DNA of 64,000 bases from an uncultured Bacilli bacterium (lineage in GTDB: Bacteria; Bacillota_I; Bacilli_A; RF39; UBA660). Below are positions 12,173 through 21,752 of this stretch, piece after piece; within the stretch, counting starts at the first letter, position 1, and the number at the start of each line of letters is the position of its first letter. The notes under the pieces were generated by a model, which was given only the letters and a program-made list of their open reading frames with translations, did no database searches and was not told the origin of the DNA. A program made the position numbers and the translations under genes. The stretch lies in NCBI GenBank assembly GCA_947629935.1, contig CANRFQ010000002.1, positions 33,638 through 97,637 on the forward strand, read 5' to 3'.

Positions 12173-13045
12173 ATGATTGATAAATATTTAGATTATTTAA
12201 AATATGAAAAAAAACTTAGTACCAATACATTGAAAAGTTATCAAAATGATTTGCAGATTTTTGCCAATTTTTTTGCTCATCAAAATCTCAAAAAACTAAC
12301 CCCAAATGATATCCATCAATTTATCTTTCAAGAAAGTAAAAATAAATCAGTTGCCACCGTAGCTCATAACATAACCGTTATTAATTCTTTTTATACTTTC
12401 TTAAAAGATGAAGATGCAAGTCTTATAAATCCCTGTGAAAATATTATTTCTCCCAAAAAAGGGGTAAAATTACCAAATTTTCTAACTGAAGAAGAAGTTG
12501 ATTGTCTATTAGATATTCCTTTAAATGATGCTTATTGTTATCGAAATAAGGCCATGTTAGAACTTTTATATGCTACCGGTATAAGGGTAAGTGAATTAAT
12601 TAATTTAAAATTTATTAATCTTGATTTAGAAAATGATTTTATAAGAGTAGTAGGGAAAGGCAATAAAGAAAGACTAGTGCCTATTGGTGATGTGGCGAAA
12701 AAGTGGTTAATTAAATACATAAATGAATATCGCCAAGAATTATTAAAAAATAAAAATAGCGATTATCTTTTTATCAATAATCAAGGAAATGTTATTTCCA
12801 GAGTCGGTTTTTTTAAAATTATCAAAAAACTATGTGCCGAAAAAAAAATTAATAAAAATGTCAGTCCTCATGTTTTAAGACATTCATTTGCCACCCATCT
12901 TTTAGCTCATGGAGCCGATTTGCGAGTTATTCAAGAAATGCTTGGTCATAGTGATATTTCTACTACCCAAATATACGCCCATTTAGTAAACGAAAAATTA
13001 AAAAAAGACTACGAAGAATTTCATCCTCGCAGTCATAAATATTAA
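12173..13045 (+). CDS. xerD: Tyrosine recombinase XerD
   Basis: LLYATGIRVSEL, GKGNKER, PHVLRHSFATHLL, LGHSDISTTQIY, FHPR C-terminus. Confidence 0.92.
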   Translation: MIDKYLDYLKYEKKLSTNTLKSYQNDLQIFANFFAHQNLKKLTPNDIHQFIFQESKNKSVATVAHNITVINSFYTFLKDEDASLINPCENIISPKKGVKLPNFLTEEEVDCLLDIPLNDAYCYRNKAMLELLYATGIRVSELINLKFINLDLENDFIRVVGKGNKERLVPIGDVAKKWLIKYINEYRQELLKNKNSDYLFINNQGNVISRVGFFKIIKKLCAEKKINKNVSPHVLRHSFATHLLAHGADLRVIQEMLGHSDISTTQIYAHLVNEKLKKDYEEFHPRSHKY

Positions 13046-13070
13046 AGGAAATTTTAAATCATTTCCTTTT

Positions 13071-13223
13071 CTAACGAGCGTTGTTTCTAGCTGAGTTAGA
13101 ATTTTTTGCGCTGTTGCTATTGCTATTATTTCTAGAGCTATTATTATTTCTAGAACTATTGCAATTACTATTATTTTTAGAATTATTATTTCTTGCGCTG
13201 TTATTATTTCTTGTATTACTCAT
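13071..13223 (-). CDS. 50-aa Asn/Ser/Arg-rich small protein (not in ORF track), possible spore SASP-like protein
   Basis: GGGAGG RBS, then ATG; translates to MSNTRNNNSARNNNSKNNSNCNSSRNNNSSRNNSNSNSAKNSNSARNNAR; SigG/SigF-like GAATA-17-CATAATA upstream. Confidence 0.7.
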   Translation of the reverse strand: MSNTRNNNSARNNNSKNNSNCNSSRNNNSSRNNSNSNSAKNSNSARNNAR

Positions 13224-13388
13224 ATAAACTACCTCCCACTATTATTATGGATTAAAAAAGAACGGTTATTCAAAAACTTAATGGTAATACTTCCCATTTT
13301 TAATGCTAAAAATTAGCTTCTACTTAAATTGTAATTGTTTCTCATTGATTTTTATGTTAGTATATACCACAAAAAGGGTAGGTTTAAT

Positions 13389-14492
13389 ATGACTAAGCAA
13401 GATGAACAAATAGAATTGTTTTCGGATCGAAATTTACAAAGTTGGGATAAAAATATTTTAAAAATACCTAAAGAAAGACATGTTTATGCTTTGATAAGAA
13501 CATTAAAATTAGTCTATTCTTTACCATTTAAAAATGCTTTATTAGTTATTGGTGAAGTTAATAATATTTTTGAAGTAATAATCATCTTTAATGAAGATGA
13601 TATTTTAAAAGTAGCCGACTATAAACGTAACTTAATTATGCCTAAAAATGATTATTACAAGTTGTATCATTTTCATGAATTAAACGTTTTAAATAAATTC
13701 GAAATATATGCTTTAGCCAATTTTATTAAAGATACTGATAGTGCTAAATATATGTATGATTATCTCATTTTTAGTAAGGAGATATTACAAGAATTAAGTA
13801 AGAAAAATTATTATGAATATTTAAGTCAAAAATATGATGAAAATGGTCTTAATTTGCGTAACTATACATGGGTAGGGGATAATTGCGATCATATATTTTT
13901 TCTTACAAATGATTGTTATCATAAAAGATATAAGAAAATAACCGAAGAATTAAGCACGTTTACTCTAAATCCCGTCCAAAAAACAAAACATATAAAAGCC
14001 TTTAATAATAGAACAACTTATTTATTTTCTCAACCCAATTTTGGAAGATTTGAATTTTATTTAATATCGGATATGTTTAAAGAGGACACAATCAAGCAAG
14101 AATTATTATCCGATAAACGTTATCATCATTGTCACCATAATGCTCATGATTTTGCTAAGCTATATGCAGAAAATACTCATAATGAAGTCTACATTGTGGG
14201 TGGTCAGCTTAGAGCAAATGAAATTGATTATTATTACCATTCGTGGGTAGAAGTAAAATCAACCAAAAATAATTTAGTAATGGATTGGAATGAAAATCTC
14301 ATAATACCCAAGGAAGTATATTATCAACTTTTTGAAGCGCGAGCTATTAGTAAAACTAATGTTAATGAGATGGAAGAAATTATTAACCTTACTAATAAAG
14401 CAGGTCTGAATTTTAATCAAATGGACTTAAATTATTTTGGTCAAGAGATAAAAAAAGATTTATTAAAACATAATACTTTAATCAAAAAATAA
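13389..14492 (+). CDS. Transglutaminase/papain-like Cys-His-Asp fold protein
   Basis: HHCHHNA...IVGG...YHSWVE...VMDWN motif order. Confidence 0.6.
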   Translation: MTKQDEQIELFSDRNLQSWDKNILKIPKERHVYALIRTLKLVYSLPFKNALLVIGEVNNIFEVIIIFNEDDILKVADYKRNLIMPKNDYYKLYHFHELNVLNKFEIYALANFIKDTDSAKYMYDYLIFSKEILQELSKKNYYEYLSQKYDENGLNLRNYTWVGDNCDHIFFLTNDCYHKRYKKITEELSTFTLNPVQKTKHIKAFNNRTTYLFSQPNFGRFEFYLISDMFKEDTIKQELLSDKRYHHCHHNAHDFAKLYAENTHNEVYIVGGQLRANEIDYYYHSWVEVKSTKNNLVMDWNENLIIPKEVYYQLFEARAISKTNVNEMEEIINLTNKAGLNFNQMDLNYFGQEIKKDLLKHNTLIKK

Positions 14493-14584
14493 AAAATGCA
14501 ACCAATTTTCTACAAAAAACAACCTAAAGATGGTGTTGTGCTACCAGTAGAAAATTATAAAATAGAAATGGAAAGGAGGAAATA

Positions 14585-15964
14585 ATGAATAATAAATTTG
14601 CTGAAAATTTAAAAAAGGTAAGAAAAGAAAATCATTTATCTCAAGAACAACTTGCTGATGAGCTCGGTGTTTCTAGACAAGCTATTTCTAAATGGGAATC
14701 TTCCCTGGCTTATCCGGAAATGGACAAAATAATTGCTTTATGCGATAAATTTGACTTAAATATTGATGATTTATTACATAAAGACATTCGCGAAGTAAAA
14801 GGGGAGGAAGAAAGAAAAAAGACATTAAATAAAACAATAGATGATTTTTTAAATTTTATTACGGATACTATAAATTTATTTAGTAATATGAGTTTTAAAA
14901 GCAAAATTAAATGTTTAGTAGAGCAAGGGATTATTATAGCAATTTTATTTATAATAGCTAATATAATAATTTATTTAGGAAATTCTTTAATATCTAATTT
15001 TTGGGGATTTTTACCTACAAGCTTCAGATACTTAATCAATAACTTTTTAGAAACAATTTTAATTATATTCTGTATAATTTCGGCAATTATTATTTTAGCT
15101 CATGTTTTTAAAACTCGCTATTTAGATTATTACAATAAATTAAAAAAAAATCTAAAAAATAATGAAGAAATTGAAAAAATTGAAAATAATACTAAACCAA
15201 ATAAAACTTTATTTAAGGAAAAAGAAAATCAAATAATCATTAGAGATCCAAAACATAGTGAATACAATTTTATTAATAGTTTACTTAAATTTATAATAGG
15301 TATAATTAAATTTTTGGCATTGTGGTTAGCTTTATTTATCTGTTTTATCTTAGTATTATTATTTATTGGTTTCATTGTATCATTTTTAGTTTATAAAACT
15401 GGTTTATTTTTTATCGGCTTTCTACTTGCCATTGCTTCATTAATTACCATAACAACTATCTTTTTATTAATTATTTTAAACTTTATATTTAATCGAAAAA
15501 GTGCCAAAAAGAAAATGATATGGACTTTTATCATAGCTTTGGCTACATTAGGATGTGCTATTGGTTTAATAATAATTGGTAGTTTAAAATTTGAAGTTTT
15601 AGAAAATAATACATCTATACTAAAAACGGAAGAAGTAGAGTTGGATATGCAGGACTATACTTTTATTGATACTTTTGGAAAAGATATTAATTATGTAGAG
15701 GCTGATAATGAAAACATTAAATTAGAGGCCAAATTAAACAAATATTGCGATTTAAAATACCAAATTCAAAACAATCCACATGGAATTTTGATATGGTCAG
15801 ACTGCACTAAACCTATGAAAATAATCAAACAATTTATTAATAATTTAAATAATAAAAAAATTATTTCTTTAAATAACGATATTCAAGACATTACTATTTA
15901 TACTTCTAAAGAAAATATAGCCAAGATAAAAAATAATGAAGAAAATTATTTTAATAAATATTAA
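14585..15964 (+). CDS. XRE-family HTH regulator fused to multi-pass membrane domain
   Basis: LSQEQLADELGVSRQAISKWE..YPEMDK; about 5 TM helices; GAAAGGAGG RBS. Confidence 0.85.
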   Translation: MNNKFAENLKKVRKENHLSQEQLADELGVSRQAISKWESSLAYPEMDKIIALCDKFDLNIDDLLHKDIREVKGEEERKKTLNKTIDDFLNFITDTINLFSNMSFKSKIKCLVEQGIIIAILFIIANIIIYLGNSLISNFWGFLPTSFRYLINNFLETILIIFCIISAIIILAHVFKTRYLDYYNKLKKNLKNNEEIEKIENNTKPNKTLFKEKENQIIIRDPKHSEYNFINSLLKFIIGIIKFLALWLALFICFILVLLFIGFIVSFLVYKTGLFFIGFLLAIASLITITTIFLLIILNFIFNRKSAKKKMIWTFIIALATLGCAIGLIIIGSLKFEVLENNTSILKTEEVELDMQDYTFIDTFGKDINYVEADNENIKLEAKLNKYCDLKYQIQNNPHGILIWSDCTKPMKIIKQFINNLNNKKIISLNNDIQDITIYTSKENIAKIKNNEENYFNKY

Positions 15965-15990
15965 ATAATAACTTCAAATACTCATCTTTA

Positions 15991-16019
15991 TTGACGCCAA
16001 TAAGCAAATTAGCTATAAT
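15991..16019 (+). promoter_or_regulatory. SigA-type promoter
   Basis: TTGACG-17 nt-TATAAT upstream of the 16071 ORF. Confidence 0.6.
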
Positions 16020-16070
16020 GTAACTGTCAAGTAATTTAATTACTGATAAGTGTAATAGAAGGAGTATAGC

Positions 16071-16253
16071 ATGAAAAAATTTAATGATTTTTGTGAAAAA
16101 TATGAACCTGCATTATGGCAATTAGTAGCTTCATTATGGTTTTTTGTTGAATACTTTTGTCATAGAGATGTAGATTCTCTTTTTGGAGCTGGAGTTTTTT
16201 GGGCCGCATGGGGTATAATTGATATCATAAGAATAAAAATGAAAAAAAAGTAG
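16071..16253 (+). CDS. Small two-TM membrane protein
   Basis: AAGGAG RBS, own promoter, 60 aa hydrophobic with KMKKK tail. Confidence 0.7.
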   Translation: MKKFNDFCEKYEPALWQLVASLWFFVEYFCHRDVDSLFGAGVFWAAWGIIDIIRIKMKKK

Positions 16254-16350
16254 AAACAAAATCAAATTAGTAATATTTGGAATTTAAAACTAATATTTTT
16301 AATAAAATGTTAGTTTTTTTCATATGAATTAGAAAAGGGGAGAGGAGTTT

Positions 16351-17100
16351 ATGAAAATATTAATACCTCTACTAATTTCATCTATTGCAGGTCTATCTAC
16401 CGTTTTAGGTGCTTTAGTTATATTTTTTAAAATAAAAAAACAAAATATTAGTAAATTTATAACATTTTGTTTATCTTTTTCATTAAGCGTAATGATATGT
16501 ATTTCTATCACTGATTTAATCCCTAATTCTACATTAATTTTATATTCTAGGTATAATTTGTTTAAATGTATTATAATTTGTCTTATATCCTTTTTAATTG
16601 GCGTTATTTCCATAAATCTAATTAACAAAAAAATTAAAAAATATAATAATTCTAACAATTTATATAAAGTTGGTATTTTAAGCATGTTGGCTTTAATGCT
16701 TCATAATTTACCAGAAGGAGTTGCCACTTTTATGAGTGCTTATAAAGATGTTAGTTTAGGAATATCTTTAGGCATAGCTATAATGCTTCATAATATTCCG
16801 GAAGGTATATCTATTGCAGTACCGATTTATTATGCTACAGGCAGTTATTGGCAAGCTATTAAAAAAACTTTAATATCTGGTTTGGCAGAACCTCTAGGAG
16901 CAGTATTAGCTTATATATTCTTATCCAAATTTATAACTAATAGTTTAATTAGTATTATATTAATTTTTGTAGCAGGTATAATGATAACATTATCAATTAA
17001 TGAACTATTACCCGAAGCTTTAAAATATAAAAAGGATAGGTATATTGTATGGGGTTTGTTGGGTGGTATTATTATTGTCTTACTTACACATATTGTTTAA
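16351..17100 (+). CDS. ZIP-family metal transporter (ZupT-like)
   Basis: LHNLPEG and LHNIPEG motifs, SGLAEPLG, ELLPEA. Confidence 0.92.
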   Translation: MKILIPLLISSIAGLSTVLGALVIFFKIKKQNISKFITFCLSFSLSVMICISITDLIPNSTLILYSRYNLFKCIIICLISFLIGVISINLINKKIKKYNNSNNLYKVGILSMLALMLHNLPEGVATFMSAYKDVSLGISLGIAIMLHNIPEGISIAVPIYYATGSYWQAIKKTLISGLAEPLGAVLAYIFLSKFITNSLISIILIFVAGIMITLSINELLPEALKYKKDRYIVWGLLGGIIIVLLTHIV

Positions 17101-17121
17101 ACTTTAATTAGTTTTGATACC

Positions 17122-17149
17122 GGTTAACATAATATATATTATAGGAAGT
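17122..17149 (-). other. dif: dif chromosome-dimer resolution site (XerCD target)
   Basis: Reverse complement ACTTCCTATAA-TATATA-TTATGTTAACC closely matches Bacillus/Staphylococcus dif (ACTTCCTA(G/T)AA TATATA TTATGTAAACT); intergenic between convergent genes at the strand-bias switch. Confidence 0.9.
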
Positions 17150-17186
17150 TATATATTTTAAAAAAATTTAATAATATAAGCTATTA

Positions 17187-17972
17187 TTAAACCTTTCTCG
17201 ATTGAATTTCTGCTATCTTTTCGAATACTTCGGCAGCATTTGATTCGTTTATTTCAGAATAATTTAATTCTTTTAATGCTTGGACTTTTATCGTATTTAG
17301 TTGCTGTGTTCTACTTAATGTTTCTTCTTTTTTATGTTCTATTTCTTGAACAAACCTCTTATGAGTCTCCATTATTCTACTACGAGAGGCTCCCCCATTA
17401 TTATATAGGGTTAGGGCAGAGTACAAAATTCCTTCAAATATAAATTGTTTATCTTCATTAAATTTGTAATCTTCGGGATCTGTAAATCCGGTAGTTTTAG
17501 ACATATAGCCGAAAATATATTTAATTTCAGGAACATTATCAATTGATTGAAGCATATGATATAAATACAAAATAGCATAATAATTTTGTTCATGCTCCCC
17601 TTCATCTTCACTATCAGTTAATTTTTCTTTAAGTAGGTAGGCAATGTCTGACAAAAGAGTTTGCTCTTCTTTCTTTAATCCTTTTAAATCAAAGAAAGCA
17701 TCAAATTCTCCCCCACTTTTTAAACCTTTATTTAAACGCCCTTCAACCGTCATTAAATAATCGGTATTAACTTTTATATTAGCAATAGTATCTTCATCAC
17801 CATCTTCGATATCTAATAATTTAAATAATAATAATTTTTTTTCTTTTGGCCATTTATTTATACTATCTAATTCTAGATAATTATAAACCATTTGACGAGA
17901 GACTCCCAAATATTTAGCCAATCTTACTTTAGAAATACCTAACTCTTGTAACAAATCTTTTAATGAATTCAT
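17187..17972 (-). CDS. XRE-type HTH protein with large helical C-terminal domain
   Basis: LGISKVRLAKYLGVSRQMVYNY HTH; TTGACA/TATAAT promoter at 18015-18042. Confidence 0.75.
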   Translation of the reverse strand: MNSLKDLLQELGISKVRLAKYLGVSRQMVYNYLELDSINKWPKEKKLLLFKLLDIEDGDEDTIANIKVNTDYLMTVEGRLNKGLKSGGEFDAFFDLKGLKKEEQTLLSDIAYLLKEKLTDSEDEGEHEQNYYAILYLYHMLQSIDNVPEIKYIFGYMSKTTGFTDPEDYKFNEDKQFIFEGILYSALTLYNNGGASRSRIMETHKRFVQEIEHKKEETLSRTQQLNTIKVQALKELNYSEINESNAAEVFEKIAEIQSRKV

Positions 17973-18064
17973 TTTATTAAACTTCCCTTCTCTATTATAT
18001 ATATTTACAATTTAATTATATCACTTAACAAAAAAGTGTCAATTAAAAAGTAAAAAACATAGCC

Positions 18065-18589
18065 TTAATTAGTACTATGTTTAAAATAATTAGGTGTTTT
18101 TAAGCGCTGATATTCGTTTTTTTGTTGATTTACGGCAACATTATGTTCTTCTATCAGTTTTAAAACTTCATCTTTTAAATCTGGATTAACTTTAAAAATT
18201 TCCCCATTATTAAAATCAATTTCAATTTTTGGTCTAGTATTAACACTATTTTCCGCCGCTTTTACAGAAGTCAGTTTATATATATTTGGCTCTAAGGTAG
18301 TCATTTCTTCTTTTGGATAAAAAACATCAATTAAATAAGCCAATGTACTTGCAACTAAAGCATTAAAGGCTTCGGCATGATTTATGTTAGACTCTGCACC
18401 ATAATGCAATATTTTAAAATCTTCACTTTGAATTTTGTAAGATATTTTGTAATTATTATCGTCAACATCAATATCTAAAACAAAAGTTTCTCCATTATCA
18501 GCATTAATTCTGCATGCTAATCCTTGCGAAAGGGAATACTTTAGAGCTTTTTGCCACAAATTACAATCAATTTTTTCTCTGATTTTCAT
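18065..18589 (-). CDS. Hypothetical protein
   Basis: 174-aa ORF, AAGGAAAG RBS, follows the 18604 gene. Confidence 0.65.
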   Translation of the reverse strand: MKIREKIDCNLWQKALKYSLSQGLACRINADNGETFVLDIDVDDNNYKISYKIQSEDFKILHYGAESNINHAEAFNALVASTLAYLIDVFYPKEEMTTLEPNIYKLTSVKAAENSVNTRPKIEIDFNNGEIFKVNPDLKDEVLKLIEEHNVAVNQQKNEYQRLKTPNYFKHSTN

Positions 18590-18603
18590 ATAAAACTTTC
18601 CTT

Positions 18604-19524
18604 CTATCTCTTTCTTAATTCTTTAATTAAAGAATTATAAGTCTCACTTATTTGATGATTCTTATATTGATAATATAAACTCATATTATATGCTAAATTA
18701 TTTAAAAAATTAACTTGGGCATTTTCTGAAAGACTATCTATATGCTTTCGTATTTTTTCGCCAATACATGGAATTGCAGCTTTAATTGTTTCTTCAGTAT
18801 TTCTTAGATATTCATAAATATCATCGACATAATAACTTTTTAAGATATCAATTCTATTTTGCAATTCTTGCGATTGAACTATTTTTTCTTTATCATTAAA
18901 ATTAAAATTTAGATCGCTAACATAAACAGTTTGTCCTAAAATAAACATCATATTCTGCATTTTACGTTCGGTCGCAGCTAAAGACAAATTAGGTACCTCA
19001 TTATAAAATTTATTATACATTAGAATAAGCTCTCTATAAAAGTTTTCATTTAATGGTATATATTGAATTTCTTGCATTTCTAAAAAGTCATTTAAAATTG
19101 ATTTAATTTCTTTATTGACTTGTTCAGAATTATTTTGATAGTATTCTTTATTAAATTTAGTATTTATATTTTGATTATCATTTATATTGTAATTATCATA
19201 TTCTACACTTATGACTTCTTGATTGTCATCAATAATTTTTTGCTTAAAACTTACTAATTTATTATGATTAAACGATATGCTTTTTTTAATATTGTTAGAA
19301 TTTAATTTTATTACTACGAATTCTAAATCATCTTTAAAGATTGATTTAATCCATAAAACAATGTCTGATAAATTAAATGAAGAATTAATGTTACTTAGAA
19401 GATTATCAAAATATTTTAATCTATTTTCTCTTTCGTCTTTTTGATTCTTTTCATAAAATGATAAGCTTATTATTACTTCTTCTTGATTATCTTTTGTTTT
19501 ATAATATTTAGGAATAGTTAACAT
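18604..19524 (-). CDS. Hypothetical protein, paralogue of 19587-20552, with YwgA/Panacea-like winged-helix segment
   Basis: Shared ENRLxYFDNLLSNxNSS and YNEVPN...KMQNMM.I...SQELQN.I.ILKSYYV blocks. Confidence 0.65.
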   Translation of the reverse strand: MLTIPKYYKTKDNQEEVIISLSFYEKNQKDERENRLKYFDNLLSNINSSFNLSDIVLWIKSIFKDDLEFVVIKLNSNNIKKSISFNHNKLVSFKQKIIDDNQEVISVEYDNYNINDNQNINTKFNKEYYQNNSEQVNKEIKSILNDFLEMQEIQYIPLNENFYRELILMYNKFYNEVPNLSLAATERKMQNMMFILGQTVYVSDLNFNFNDKEKIVQSQELQNRIDILKSYYVDDIYEYLRNTEETIKAAIPCIGEKIRKHIDSLSENAQVNFLNNLAYNMSLYYQYKNHQISETYNSLIKELRKR

Positions 19525-19586
19525 TTTAAAACCCTCTTTCAACAAATATTTTACTTCAAAATAATTGATATTTCAATAATCTAATT

Positions 19587-20552
19587 CTAAAATTGATTAT
19601 ATTTTTTACTTAGTTGTTTAATCAAAGCATTATATGGCTCTTCTTGTGAAGTAATGTGTTCATGTCTTAATCTTCTTATATTAAAAATTAAAGTGTTTAA
19701 AAATTCGATTTGTTCATTCTCAGGTAGATTATCTATATGTTTTCTTATATTTTTACCAATAAATGAGATATCGTTATTAATTACTTTTTCCTTATTTCTG
19801 AGATATTCGTCAATATCAACAACATAATAGCTTTTCAATATTTCAATATCATTTTGTAATTCTTGGGAATAAACTAATTTTTCCTCTTCATTTATAGAAT
19901 ATTGATAATCATAATAAAAGCCACAACTTTCGATAATATACATCATATTTTGCATTTTTTGTTCTGTTGAAGATAAAGAAAAATTGGGTACTTCATTGTA
20001 AAATGAATTATATATTTCAATAAGATTTCGTTTATTGTGTAAAGGTATATAGCTAACTTCTTGTATATCAAAAAAATCTTTTAAAGACGTATACTGAATT
20101 TCTTGCATTTTTAAAAAATCTTTTAAAATTGATTTAATTTTTAAATTTACATGAGAATAATTAGAATTATTTTGATAATACTTTCTATTAATTTTAGTAT
20201 TTATATTATAATTATCATTCTCAATTCTTAAAATCTCTTGATTATTTTCTTTAATAATATAGCTAAAATTTACTAGTTTATCTTGATCGAATGCTACTGT
20301 ACTATGCAAATTTTCCGTATTTAATATTATATTAAAAAATGTTAAATTATAATCTCTAAAGATTGATTTAATCCATAAAATAATGTTTGCTAAATTAACT
20401 GAAGAATTAACATTACTAAGAAGATTATCAAAGTAGCTCAATCTATTTTCTTTATCTTCTTGCCTAATGTCTATATTTTCATCGTATGCTATACATACTT
20501 TAATTTTTGTATTTTTATCTTCTAAATTATAACTTTTATCAAGTAAAATCAT
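19587..20552 (-). CDS. Hypothetical protein, paralogue of 18604-19524
   Basis: AGGAGG RBS; same conserved blocks as its neighbour. Confidence 0.7.
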   Translation of the reverse strand: MILLDKSYNLEDKNTKIKVCIAYDENIDIRQEDKENRLSYFDNLLSNVNSSVNLANIILWIKSIFRDYNLTFFNIILNTENLHSTVAFDQDKLVNFSYIIKENNQEILRIENDNYNINTKINRKYYQNNSNYSHVNLKIKSILKDFLKMQEIQYTSLKDFFDIQEVSYIPLHNKRNLIEIYNSFYNEVPNFSLSSTEQKMQNMMYIIESCGFYYDYQYSINEEEKLVYSQELQNDIEILKSYYVVDIDEYLRNKEKVINNDISFIGKNIRKHIDNLPENEQIEFLNTLIFNIRRLRHEHITSQEEPYNALIKQLSKKYNQF

Positions 20553-20578
20553 AATAAAACCCTCCTGCTAAAATTTTA

Positions 20579-21685
20579 TCATAAATACCAAAGTTTTTCA
20601 TTATTTTTATATATTTCTTTAATAATGCCACTTCCTAAACATTGTTCTCCTAAATATAGGACACATGCTTGACCAGGAGTTACCGCTTTAGCTCTTCCAC
20701 TATAAGAGACCATTGCCATGTTATTTTCTAAATATTCGATAGCTACAGCATGATCCGGACCGCGATAACGGAATTTAGCAGTACAAAATGTTGGAGTCGT
20801 CGGAGAAATAAAATTAACGTTTTCAATTAAACAAGCATCGGAATACAAATATTCACTATCATCGCCAAAACAAACATATAAAACGTTTTTCTCGACATCT
20901 TTTCCGCAGACAAAATGTCTTTTTTCATTACCACTTATACCAACATTTCGTCGTTGACCAATAGTATAATTCATAAGTCCTGTATGGCGCCCAATAACCT
21001 CTTTAGTTTCAACATCGATTATATCTCCAGGATTAGGTTTTAAATAATTAGAAATAAATTCTTGATAATGTCTTTCACCAATAAAACAAATACCAGTCGA
21101 ATCTTTTTTATGAGCTGTTGTAATATGAATTTCTTCGGCAATTTTTCGAACTTCTGGCTTAGTTAGTCCCCCAATAGGAAATAATACATCTTTTAGTTGA
21201 TTAGGTGTTAATTGTGCCAAAAAATAACTTTGATCCTTATTTTGATCTATTCCTCTTAAAAGACGATTGCCATAAGTACGTGCATAATGGCCCGTTGCAA
21301 TATAATCAGCTCCTAACTTGCGCGCCTCTTTAATAAATAAATCAAACTTAATATATTTATTACACATTAAATCAGGATTGGGAGTTCTTCCCTTTTTTAG
21401 TTCCTCTAAAAAGTAAGAAAAGACATTGTCCCAATATTCTTTAATAAAATCTACGCGATGTAAAGGAATATTTAGTTCTTCGCAAACTTTTTTCGCATCA
21501 TTATAATCTTGTTCCTGCGGACAAATATCATTATTCAAATTAGGATTTCCTAAATTATCATTATTAAGAGTGCTATCCCAATTGCGCATAAAAAGACCGA
21601 TTACTTCATAACCCTCTTTTTTAAGTAAATATGCGGCAACAGAAGAATCAACTCCCCCACTCATCCCGATGACAACTTTTTTCAT
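20579..21685 (-). CDS. mnmA: tRNA-specific 2-thiouridylase
   Basis: GMSGGVDS, GRTPNPDLMCN, ATGHY, KDQSYFL, TGICFIG, TPGQ. Confidence 0.97.
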   Translation of the reverse strand: MKKVVIGMSGGVDSSVAAYLLKKEGYEVIGLFMRNWDSTLNNDNLGNPNLNNDICPQEQDYNDAKKVCEELNIPLHRVDFIKEYWDNVFSYFLEELKKGRTPNPDLMCNKYIKFDLFIKEARKLGADYIATGHYARTYGNRLLRGIDQNKDQSYFLAQLTPNQLKDVLFPIGGLTKPEVRKIAEEIHITTAHKKDSTGICFIGERHYQEFISNYLKPNPGDIIDVETKEVIGRHTGLMNYTIGQRRNVGISGNEKRHFVCGKDVEKNVLYVCFGDDSEYLYSDACLIENVNFISPTTPTFCTAKFRYRGPDHAVAIEYLENNMAMVSYSGRAKAVTPGQACVLYLGEQCLGSGIIKEIYKNNEKLWYL

Positions 21686-21752
21686 TTTTTCACCAACTAA
21701 CTTGCTAAAATTATATCAAATAGTTATGAAAAAATAAAGGTGCAAGGCTTAT

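Noticed and set aside
12173-13045. Prophage or island integrase
   Set aside because: Length and motifs match chromosomal XerD; dif is nearby and there are no phage genes.
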